Positions 16,215-25,100 of a stretch of DNA of 51,207 nt are shown here, piece by piece. The notes under the pieces were generated by a model. The model saw nothing but the letters and a program-made list of their open reading frames with translations. It was not told where the DNA came from and ran no database searches. This DNA comes from Micrococcales bacterium (lineage in GTDB: Bacteria; Actinomycetota; Actinomycetes; Actinomycetales; Microbacteriaceae), in the NCBI GenBank assembly GCA_046073845.1, contig JBJTNB010000136.1, positions 1-51,207 of the forward strand, read 5' to 3'. The position numbers were made by a program, and so were the translations under genes. Each line of letters starts with the position of its first letter. Position 1 is the stretch's first letter.

Positions 16215-18524
16215 ATGCCAAAAATTGGCAAGACAAACGCGCGCGCCGCGAAGACTGGCGCAAGTAAATCAACTTCTAATTCTGCAGCTCCGAAGAAGAC
16301 TCACCGCAAGGGTGGCGCTTCGGCAGCTGAGAGCGCTGCGCCAAAGCGCGGTGCCGCAGGTGCTGGCAAGTTCGCCGGCAAGGGTGCTGCTCCAAAACGC
16401 AGTTACAAAGAGCGCGAGGATGGCCGTGGTGGCCGTGCTCCGCACCGCGATGCAGACGTTCGCCCAGCTCGTAAGCCACGCGCTGCAGCAGCAGGTCGCG
16501 AAGACCGCTTCGAGCGCGATGCTCGACCAGCACGCAAGTTTGATGGCGAGCGCCCGGCTCGCAAGTTTGACGACCGCCCAGCCAAGAGTTCACGCTTCGG
16601 TGGCGACGATCGCGCACCTCGTGGTGCAAAGAACGATGGTCGCCGTGACTGGGAGCCACGCGAGAAGCCAGCACGCGGTGCTCGCAAGTTTGACGATGCT
16701 CGTGGTTCGCGCGACGACCGTCCGGCAAAGAGCTCACGCTTCGGTGGCGACGAGCGTCCGGCTCGTAAGTACGATGACGAGCGTCCGGCTCGCAAGTTTG
16801 ATGGTGACCGTCCGGCAAAGAGTTCGCGCTTCGGTGGCGATGACCGCCCAGCGCGTAAGTTTGACGGCGACCGACCGGCAAAGAGTTCGCGTTTCGGTGG
16901 CGATGACCGCCCAGCGCGTAAGTTTGACGACCGCCCGAAGCGCCGCTTCGACGACGAGCGCGCACCTCAGCGTGCAGACCGCGTAGAACGCGACCGCGAT
17001 CGCGACCGCAGCTTTGACGGCGCCCGCCAGTCGAACCCGAACAAGAAGGCGTTCTTCGAAGACACCAAGCTTGAGCGTCTCGAGAGTGTCGACGCATCGA
17101 CCGTTGAGATGGCCGGCAGCTTCGGCGACATGGACCTTCACCCGAAGATGGTTATCGCTCTAGCGAGCATGGGTGCTGAAAGCCCGTTCCCGATTCAGGC
17201 AGCAACCATCCCGGCTGCTATCGGCGGCATGGATGTGCTTGGCCGCGGAAAGACCGGCTCTGGAAAGACAGTTGCTTTCACCGTTCCGCTAATCATGAAG
17301 TTGATTGCCGCGGGCTCGCAGCCTCGCAAGGCAGGCAAGCCGCGCGCGCTCATCCTGGCGCCGACTCGCGAATTGGCCGACCAGATCGACCGCACCGTGC
17401 AGATTTTGGCGAAGTCGGTTGGCTTCTACACCACCTGCATCTACGGTGGCGTGCCTCAGCGACGCCAAGAAAACGCAATGAGCCGCGGCACCGACATCGT
17501 GGTGGCGACTCCTGGTCGTCTTGAAGACCTTATGGCTCAGGGCATCGTTGACCTCAGTGAAGTTGAGACCATCGTCATCGACGAAGCCGACCACATGTGT
17601 GACCTTGGCTTCATCGAGCCGGTAAAGCGCATCATGCGTGCAACCGGAGACTCGCAGAAGTTGCTGTTCTCTGCAACTCTCGACAAAGAAGTTGACGCTC
17701 TCGTTCGCGAGTTCTTGCCTGCACCGTTCGTTTACGAAGTTCCAAACGAGGATGAAGACACCAGCAATATTGTTCACCGCGTTTTGATTGTCGACCAAGA
17801 AGACCGCTCGCAAGTTCTTTTGCGTTTGGTTCAGGGTCACGGTAAGTCCTTGATCTTTGCTCGCACCAAGATGACTGCTGAGCGTTTGAGTGAATCGCTA
17901 ACTGCAGCCGGGGTTCCTGCCGCGCGCTTGCACGGCGACCTAAACCAGAACCAACGAAACCGAAACCTTGAGCGTTTCACCAAGGGTTATGTTCGCGTTT
18001 TGGTTGCGACCGATGTCGCGGCGCGTGGAATCCACGTTGACGATGTTGCACTTGTTGTTCAGGTTGATCCACCTGAGGAATACAAGACTTACTTGCACCG
18101 CGCCGGTCGAACCGGTCGTGCTGGCAAGGAAGGCACCGTGGTGACCTTGATTCCTCGTACTCGCCGTCGTCGCATGGAGCAGATGCTCGACCGCGCCGAC
18201 CGTGATGGAATCTTCACCGAGGTTCGACCGACCAACGCACTGCTCGAGCAGCTCGCTGGCCCGATTGCGCCACCTCCTGCCCAAGAAGAACTCGACTTCG
18301 GCGACAGCCGTGGTGGCGGTTCACGTGGCGGCGACCGCCGCGGCGGCAATGGTGGCCGAGCTCGCGCACCACGCGATCGCGACCGTGGTCCACGCTCGGG
18401 TGGCGACCGCAAGTTCGGTGGCGACAAGAAGTTTGGCGACCGCCCGAAGCGTGACTTCAGCGACCGTCCGAAGCGCGACTTCGGCGACAAGCCACGTGGC
18501 TCAAACCGAGCACCGCGCGACTAG
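16215..18524 (+). CDS. DEAD-box RNA helicase with long R/D/G-rich N- and C-terminal extensions
   Basis: Q motif PFPIQ, GKTGSGKT, PTRELA, TPGRL, DEAD, SAT, ARGIHV, HRAGRTGRAG. Confidence 0.97.
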   Translation: MPKIGKTNARAAKTGASKSTSNSAAPKKTHRKGGASAAESAAPKRGAAGAGKFAGKGAAPKRSYKEREDGRGGRAPHRDADVRPARKPRAAAAGREDRFERDARPARKFDGERPARKFDDRPAKSSRFGGDDRAPRGAKNDGRRDWEPREKPARGARKFDDARGSRDDRPAKSSRFGGDERPARKYDDERPARKFDGDRPAKSSRFGGDDRPARKFDGDRPAKSSRFGGDDRPARKFDDRPKRRFDDERAPQRADRVERDRDRDRSFDGARQSNPNKKAFFEDTKLERLESVDASTVEMAGSFGDMDLHPKMVIALASMGAESPFPIQAATIPAAIGGMDVLGRGKTGSGKTVAFTVPLIMKLIAAGSQPRKAGKPRALILAPTRELADQIDRTVQILAKSVGFYTTCIYGGVPQRRQENAMSRGTDIVVATPGRLEDLMAQGIVDLSEVETIVIDEADHMCDLGFIEPVKRIMRATGDSQKLLFSATLDKEVDALVREFLPAPFVYEVPNEDEDTSNIVHRVLIVDQEDRSQVLLRLVQGHGKSLIFARTKMTAERLSESLTAAGVPAARLHGDLNQNQRNRNLERFTKGYVRVLVATDVAARGIHVDDVALVVQVDPPEEYKTYLHRAGRTGRAGKEGTVVTLIPRTRRRRMEQMLDRADRDGIFTEVRPTNALLEQLAGPIAPPPAQEELDFGDSRGGGSRGGDRRGGNGGRARAPRDRDRGPRSGGDRKFGGDKKFGDRPKRDFSDRPKRDFGDKPRGSNRAPRD
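16520..16940 (+). repeat. Intragenic tandem repeats encoding RPARKFD / RPAKSSRFGGD units
   Basis: Two near-identical 63-nt units (RPARKFDGDRPAKSSRFGGDD) plus several degenerate copies. Confidence 0.9.
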
Positions 18525-18536
18525 AACTATTTGATC

Positions 18537-18569
18537 GAGGCCCTGGACTAATAAGCCCGGGGCCTTTTT
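18537..18569 (+). terminator. Intrinsic terminator after the helicase
   Basis: GAGGCCCTGG-loop-CCGGGGCCTT followed by TTT. Confidence 0.85.
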
Positions 18570-18601
18570 CATTGCCTGGACCACATCCTTGTGGAAAAAA
18601 C

Positions 18602-18630
18602 TTGCACAGAAACTTGTACAGATTTACTAT
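18602..18630 (+). promoter_or_regulatory. Sigma70-type promoter with overlapping operator for the TA pair
   Basis: TTGCAC-17 nt-TACTAT, 6 nt before ATG 18637; direct repeat AAACTTG(C/T)ACAGA with TGCACA and TGTACA cores 12 nt apart. Confidence 0.8.
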
Positions 18631-18636
18631 CGGGGT

Positions 18637-18981
18637 ATGGCTCAAAAACGCACCCCGCTCGTCAAGGACTACATTCTTCAGAACACGTCTGAAACGCGCG
18701 CCGACCTCACCAAGATTCTTGAGGGGTTCCGCAAGAACCGCAAAAAGTCGTTGCCAATCATCTTTGGCTCACACGGCAAACCAGAGGCCGTGCTTGCCCC
18801 GGCCTGGCTATGGGAGAAGATGATCGATGAAATCGAAAACCTTCGCCTCGAAATAATCGTCATGGACCGCCTCGCAAATTCACAGCCGAGCGAACCGATG
18901 ACTTTTGCACAATATAAAGAACACATGCGCAAGTTTGTCGAGTCTCAATCAGACTCGGATGATGTTGACGATAACGACTGA
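18637..18981 (+). CDS. Phd/YefM-like antitoxin
   Basis: SETRADLTKIL...PIIFGSHGKPEAVL Phd-like N-terminus and acidic tail; upstream of and overlapping the toxin-like ORF. Confidence 0.78.
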   Translation: MAQKRTPLVKDYILQNTSETRADLTKILEGFRKNRKKSLPIIFGSHGKPEAVLAPAWLWEKMIDEIENLRLEIIVMDRLANSQPSEPMTFAQYKEHMRKFVESQSDSDDVDDND

Positions 18982-19291
18982 ACCTGACTACATGTTCGAG
19001 TACTTAGACCTAACCCTCGACCTTCGTCGAATCGTAGATCTGATTGTCGAACAGCTTGAACAACAACGCGAACTCACCATGAAGCGTCTTGAGAAAAACA
19101 AGCGAGTTGGTGATTTGCGAGGTTGCTACGCCATCAAATTCGATTACCTCGGCTACCCAAATCGGTTCAGGCTTGTTTTCAAATATGTGCCAAGCAAACT
19201 GAAGGCGGTGAGCGTTCGTTTGATGGCTGTCGGGCTCCGATTCGAAGATCAGGTTTATATCGCGGCTGCTAAACGCAACCGATGGGTCTAA
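18959..19291 (+). CDS. RelE/ParE-superfamily toxin-like protein
   Basis: GDLRGCYAIKF...RFRLVF...V..MAVGLR....VY..A..R pattern with a basic C-terminal half; start 18959 or 18962. Confidence 0.75.
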   Translation: MMLTITTEPDYMFEYLDLTLDLRRIVDLIVEQLEQQRELTMKRLEKNKRVGDLRGCYAIKFDYLGYPNRFRLVFKYVPSKLKAVSVRLMAVGLRFEDQVYIAAAKRNRWV

Positions 19292-19300
19292 CCTTTTGAT

Positions 19301-20698
19301 ATGCGTCTAACCAAAGCCCTGCTCTCTGTTTTCACCGCGGCCACCCTCGCCATTACCGCCTGCGCGGCAGCCCCGACAGCCAGTGCTCCGGCGAACGCCG
19401 CCAGTTCGCTGGTTGCGCCATCCTGGGTTGATAACGCAACGGTTTACGAGGTCAATACGCGTCAGTACTCGGCCGCGGGCAGTTTCAACGCTGTGGCCGC
19501 AGACCTGCCTCGCATTCAGGCGCTCGGCGCGAAGGTGCTTTGGTTCATGCCGATTTACCCAATCTCTGTGACCAAACGCAAAGGAACTCTCGGCAGCTAC
19601 TACTCGGTAGGCAACTACACGGCAGTAAATCCTGAGTTTGGCACTTCCGCTGACTTCAAGGCGCTGGTCGACAAAGCGCACGGTATGGGCTTCAAGGTCG
19701 TGCTCGACTGGGTGGCGAACCACACCGGCTGGGACAACCCGTGGATCACAGCGCACCCTGACTGGTACACCAAAGATTCCAGTGGCAACATTACGCAGCC
19801 ACCAGGCACCGACTGGTACGACGTCGCAGATTTGAACTACAGCAACAGTGCGATGCGCGCGGCAATGATCGACTCGATGAAGTACTGGATCACCACTTAC
19901 GATATCGATGGTTTCAGATGTGACGCGGCCATGATGGTGCCAAATGACTTCTGGCACCAGGCAACCACAGCACTGCAGGCGATCAAACCTGTATGGATGC
20001 TCGCCGAGTCGAACCCTGGCGACGTCAGCATGGGCACCGATTTCTCGAGTGCATACAACTGGAGTCTGCTCGGCACTGAAAACGGCCTCGTGTCTGGCAA
20101 CGGTTCGAAGTACTCGTTCCTGAACGAGCTCTCGAACATGCAGCTCGATTACCCGGCAGGCACTGCGCCGATGAACTTCATTACCAACCACGATGAGAAC
20201 ACCTGGAACGGCACCGAATACCAGCGACTCGGGTCGGTCGGTGCAGTCAAGGCCGCCAGTGTTTTCTATTTCACGGCCCCAGGTGTTCCACTGACTTACA
20301 ACGGGCAAGAGGTTGGGCTGACTCACCAACTCGCATTCTTTGAGAAAGACCAGATTGACTGGTCGGCTAGCCCGATGACCGCTTTTTACAAGAAACTGGT
20401 CTCGCTGAAGAGTTCGAATGCCGCGCTCGCGGTGGGTGCCGCTGCTGGTGCGTTGCGCACTGTGACCACAAATCAGGACGGCGTTATCGCCTACGTGCGA
20501 AGCTCGAGCAAGGCCAAGGTCTTGGTCGCCATCAACCTGACCAGCAAGGCTCGAAGCACCAAGATTTCTTGGAGCTCGTCGGCAGGCAAGCTTTATGACT
20601 ACGCCACGAACAAGTTGGTCACAGTTGCGGCTAGCCAGAGTGTGAGCATCCCGGCTTGGGGTTACAAGGTTTACACGACCAACCAGCTCAAGAACTGA
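19301..20698 (+). CDS. Secreted GH13 alpha-amylase family protein
   Basis: Signal peptide (possible lipobox ITAC); DWVANH, catalytic GFRCDAA, LAE and NHD. Confidence 0.93.
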   Translation: MRLTKALLSVFTAATLAITACAAAPTASAPANAASSLVAPSWVDNATVYEVNTRQYSAAGSFNAVAADLPRIQALGAKVLWFMPIYPISVTKRKGTLGSYYSVGNYTAVNPEFGTSADFKALVDKAHGMGFKVVLDWVANHTGWDNPWITAHPDWYTKDSSGNITQPPGTDWYDVADLNYSNSAMRAAMIDSMKYWITTYDIDGFRCDAAMMVPNDFWHQATTALQAIKPVWMLAESNPGDVSMGTDFSSAYNWSLLGTENGLVSGNGSKYSFLNELSNMQLDYPAGTAPMNFITNHDENTWNGTEYQRLGSVGAVKAASVFYFTAPGVPLTYNGQEVGLTHQLAFFEKDQIDWSASPMTAFYKKLVSLKSSNAALAVGAAAGALRTVTTNQDGVIAYVRSSSKAKVLVAINLTSKARSTKISWSSSAGKLYDYATNKLVTVAASQSVSIPAWGYKVYTTNQLKN

Positions 20699-20767
20699 CG
20701 CCCGGATCAGGTCAACCGCAAAAATTAGGTTGCGCGAACGACCCGAGCCCGCCTAAACTTGGCTTTA

Positions 20768-20918
20768 GCCAAAGACCGCCGGTTTCGGGGTGGGCAAATC
20801 GAAGAGAAATCCTTGATTCGCACGCGCCGACGAAGATCGCAGAAATGCTTGCCCGCGTAGGTGTTCGAAGTTATTGCCCTTCTGGGCTGCTCCGCGCGTC
20901 TACGCTCGGAGCCTTTTT
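20768..20918 (+). promoter_or_regulatory. L10 leader (rplJ autoregulatory RNA) with attenuator-like hairpin
   Basis: CCAAAGACCGCCGG...CCCGCGTAGG pattern, then GCTCCG...CGGAGC plus TTTTT; TAAACT -10 at 20754-20759. Confidence 0.8.
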
Positions 20919-20957
20919 GCTTTTGGGGCTAGCCGGCACAAACAAACAAGGAGTGCC

Positions 20958-21464
20958 ATGGCGAACAAGGTACAGAACGTCGCCGAGCTGACTGAGTCAT
21001 TCAAGAGCTCGAACGCTGTTCTACTAACCGAGTACCGCGGCCTTACTGTTGCTCAGCTCAAAGAGCTACGCAAATCAATCAGTAATGACGCAACCTACGC
21101 CGTAGCAAAGAACACCCTGCTTGAAATCGCAGCAAAGAACGCTGGAGTAAGTGCCTTCGATGGCCAGCTCTTCGGTCCTAGCGCGATGGCATTCGTACAC
21201 GGCGACGCCGTGTCGGTTGCTAAGGCATTGCGTGACTTTGCGAAGGCAAACCCTCTGTTGGTTCTAAAGAGCGGTGTTCTTGAGGGTGCCGCCCTTTCAG
21301 CCGACGAGGTTAAGAAGCTTGCTGATCTCGAAAGCCGTGAGGTGCTGTTGGCAAAGGCCGCCAGCGTCTTCAAGGCCAAGATGTTCCAGGCTGCTTACAT
21401 GTTCCAGGCCCCGCTTGCACAGGCAGTTCGCACCGTCGACGCCCTGCGCGAAAAGCTGGCCTAG
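20958..21464 (+). CDS. rplJ: 50S ribosomal protein L10
   Basis: EYRGLTV..L.ELR, VAKNTL and LADLESRE; AAGGAG RBS before ATG 20958. Confidence 0.98.
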   Translation: MANKVQNVAELTESFKSSNAVLLTEYRGLTVAQLKELRKSISNDATYAVAKNTLLEIAAKNAGVSAFDGQLFGPSAMAFVHGDAVSVAKALRDFAKANPLLVLKSGVLEGAALSADEVKKLADLESREVLLAKAASVFKAKMFQAAYMFQAPLAQAVRTVDALREKLA

Positions 21465-21512
21465 AACCCCCGATTTACCCCAAAAACTGCTTTAAACCAA
21501 TAGGAGATAAAA

Positions 21513-21890
21513 ATGGCAAAGCTTTCAACCGAACAGTTGATCGACGCTTTCAAGGAGCTTTCGCTCATCGAGCTCAGCGACTTCGTTAAGAAGTTCGAAG
21601 AGGTCTTCGAAGTAACCGCTGCTGCACCAGTTGCAGTTGCTGCTGTTGCTGCTGCACCTGCAGAAGCTGCTGAAGAGAAGGACTCGTTCGACGTAGTTCT
21701 AGAGTCAGCTGGCGACCAGAAGATCGCTGTAATTAAGGAAGTTCGCGCACTGACCAACCTTGGTCTAGGCGAGGCAAAGGCTCTCGTTGACGGTGCACCT
21801 GCAACCGTTCTTGAGGGTGCAAACAAGGATGCCGCTGAGAAGGCAAAGGCTGCTCTTGAGGGCGCCGGCGCAAAGGTGACCTTGAAGTAA
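21513..21890 (+). CDS. rplL: 50S ribosomal protein L7/L12
   Basis: [30 protein letters not shown]. Confidence 0.99.
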   Translation: MAKLSTEQLIDAFKELSLIELSDFVKKFEEVFEVTAAAPVAVAAVAAAPAEAAEEKDSFDVVLESAGDQKIAVIKEVRALTNLGLGEAKALVDGAPATVLEGANKDAAEKAKAALEGAGAKVTLK

Positions 21891-21908
21891 TCACACTTCA
21901 AAACTTGG

Positions 21909-21937
21909 GAAGTCCGCTCCGAAAGGGGCGGACTTTT
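21909..21937 (+). terminator. Intrinsic terminator of rplJL
   Basis: AAGTCCGCTCC-GAAA-GGGGCGGACTT followed by TT. Confidence 0.9.
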
Positions 21938-22068
21938 CGCTTTAAAACACCCCGGATGCCCGCTAAAAAACTCACAGGAAAGTGCTCCAAAAAGGGCTGA
22001 AAAATGTTCGGATTTTCCGAAGAACTACATCTTTGTAATTCGAGCCCCTAGCGAAACTTAAAAGGCCT

Positions 22069-22142
22069 GGTGGGGCATGCTTCGCCCTACCTTGTCGTGC
22101 CTGGATGCCAATTCCAGCGCGGTTTTCGAAGTGCAAGGAGGT
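22069..22142 (+). promoter_or_regulatory. Candidate cis-regulatory structured RNA abutting the RBS of the giant gene
   Basis: Two adjacent hairpins plus an alternative anti-SD pairing with AAGGAGGT (see findings). Confidence 0.5.
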
Positions 22143-22148
22143 GCGAAC

Positions 22149-25100
22149 ATGAACGCTGCAATGCGCCTAATTCGCACACTCCAAAAATCAAATCGTTTTC
22201 GCGTCGGCGCCATCCTTGCAATTGCACTTGTAGCACTGATCACTTTCTGGCAGCCAGCCCCACCAGCTCGCGCTGCCGCACCAACAGCCGGGCTTGCAAC
22301 TTACATTTGGCACAACAGCAACAACACCGACACCACGATGTACTTCGATGGTCAGGCGAACAAAGACACTTGGTTTGAAGACAAGGGCCTCGGCACTTAC
22401 AACATGTCGATGACTACGACAGACATTGGCAACACGTGGTCGGCATCGCAGTACTACAACACCAACAACACCAGCAAAACCTACAACCAGACTGACCAGG
22501 CGTCACTCGAGTATTACTCTGCTTTGTTTCTTGGTTACATCAAGCCAACTGCCACCACAAACAACTTGTACCTGCGCACTTGTTCCGATGATGCGTCGCT
22601 ACTTTTCTTTGGTACGTACGCAGCGACCGGAAATAGCCACTCATATGCAAACGCGACTGCCAACAACGGAAGCACACACGGAAACGTCTGTGTAGCAACA
22701 GGAAACCTCGGCACTATTTACGCCGGAACGTATTACCCACTTCGCGTTGAGTTTGGTGAGTATGGAGGCGGCGACGTCGAGTATGTTCAATACAGCACCG
22801 ACAACGTCAACTGGAGCGTGCTTCCAACCACTTGGATTTTTAATCAGGGCACTCAGGTCACTTATGACACCACCGCACCTAGCCAGCCAGCCGCTCCGAC
22901 GCTGACCAGCGCTAGCGACACCGGTATTTCGTCAACTGACGGCATCACGGCCGCAACCCCAGTATTGACGGGCACTGTAGAGGCGAACTCGACTGTATAC
23001 GTCTACTCAAACACCACCAACTCGAACAGTGGCGGAACCTACTTGGGCAGCGCCGTGGCAAGCGGCACCACGTTCACCTACACCTTGCCGGCGGCCACCA
23101 CCGCGGGCACGTATTACTACATCATTCAAAACGACAGCATGTTCTATGCGTCGCCAGCTTCGACAACCAAGTTTGTGCAGGCGAACAACCTGATCATCAG
23201 CACATCGGGTGGTGGCGCAATGTCGGGTGTTGCTCTTGCACGGCAGCCGCGAATCACGACGACCGATGGCGGCACGCCAACCGTTACGCTCGCGTCTTCA
23301 CTCGGCACGGTTACGAACAACACCGCGACAGCTGGCACTGCGTTCTCAAACGCGACAATCACTTACACCAGCGGAACTCTTGCCGGTGCAACGCTGACTT
23401 ACTCTGCGACTAACTACAACAACGTGACCGAAACGCTCTCGGCAATTCCTGGTGCACTGCAGGTTCTAACCTCGCAAGCAACTGATGCCAGCGGAAGCTG
23501 GATCAACAACACCTGGTACACAACGAACAGTGCTACTTCGTACATCAACCCGACACAGCTTGCCGCACAGTTGAACACGGCGTCGACGACGTTGATGACC
23601 ACCACAAACTTCTACATGGCAAACGATGTCACCGCCACAACGGCTGGTAACGGCATCAAGATCGCCGCTGCGGGCTATGTAGCGATGGATGGCAAGCTAA
23701 CGCTTAACAACGGAACCATAACCGTGCTTTCAAACACTGATGGCCTAACCGGCGCAAACGGTGGCCCGATTGTGATCACCGCAGCCACAGCTGGATTTGC
23801 TTCGGGAGGCGGCAACATCATCCTTGCAGGTGGTGACTGGAACGTCACGACTGGCTACGCCGTGGGCTACAACAAGGCCATCGGCGGAGTTGGCGGCCTC
23901 GGCGGAAGCGTGGTTATCGACGACGCGGGTGTATACATCGCCGGTGTTGTGAACTCCGGTGGTGGAACTATCACCATCAACGGCCAGGAGGGCAACGGCA
24001 CCGCCGATTCGGCCGGTGTTTACGTGGTTAACAATGGCTTGGTGCAGGGTGCCGGCGGAAACGTGACCCTAAAGGGGTACATCGCCAGCGACCTAACCGA
24101 TACAGGGGCGTCGCACCGCGCCGTGCGCATTGGCGCCGCTGGCGCAACCCCGGTCCCAACGGTCAGCTCGACAGGCTCGGGAACAGTGAGCATCACTGCG
24201 ATCACCTCGGTGGCCAGCAACGCGAACCAACAGGCGATTCTGTTCGAAGGTGCCAGCGTTACCAGTGTGAACGGCGACATCACTATCTCGGCCCAGCCGG
24301 CTTCAGGTGTAAACGGTTTTAACTTTGCGACCGCCAACAGCTCGATCACCACCACTGGTCTAGGTGCGGTCAACCTGACCTCGACCTCGACCACTGGCGA
24401 TGACTTCTCGAAGGTAACCGTCAACTCGAACAAGGCTTTCACGATCACCAGCGACAAGCCGACCTTCGGTGCGTCGAGCAGCTTTACCTCGGGCGGTCTT
24501 ATGACCCTGCAGTCGAACTCTGCCTCGTTCGGCGCGGCAGTGACCTTCCCGAACTCGGCAACCGTTGCCGCGAACGGCGGTTTGACCATCGGTAAATCTG
24601 GCAACACTGCATCACTGACTATCGGTGGCGCTGTTGCGGTTTCTGGCAACATGACCACCTATGCGGGCGCCACCACAGTGAACGCTTCTTCTGCGATTAG
24701 CACAAGCGCAAACGGAAACATCACGATCAATGCCGCAACCGGATACGCGATAACTGCGTCGTCGACAATTACTGCGGCGGGCACACTGACCATCCTTGGT
24801 GATGGCGTGACATTGAATAACGCTGTTTCTGCCGGCGGAACAATCTCTATCGTTGCTGGCCCGACCGCAAACAAAGACCTTGCGATTGCGAACGTGACTG
24901 ACACGCTTTCGGGTGCGGCCGTAACGCTCAAGGCAACTCGCCACATCACAACCTCAGCGGCTACCAACTTCACTACCAATAACGGCAACCTAATTTTGTG
25001 GTCGGACTCTGACAACAACAGCACAGGTGCGATTGTGATTTACTCGGGTTCGAATCTGAGCACCGATAACGGTGTGAAGACCACTGCAACCACTGGCGGT

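Noticed and set aside
16225-17141. Long overlapping ORFs of 130-273 aa on both strands
   Set aside because: They are by-products of the repetitive GC-rich helicase N-terminal coding sequence.
18590-18598. DnaA-box-like TGTGGAAAA next to the TA promoter
   Set aside because: A single degenerate 9-mer is expected by chance in 51 kb, and there is no cluster or origin context.
19307-20329. 340 aa antisense ORF
   Set aside because: It lies entirely opposite the well-supported GH13 amylase and is a typical antisense shadow.
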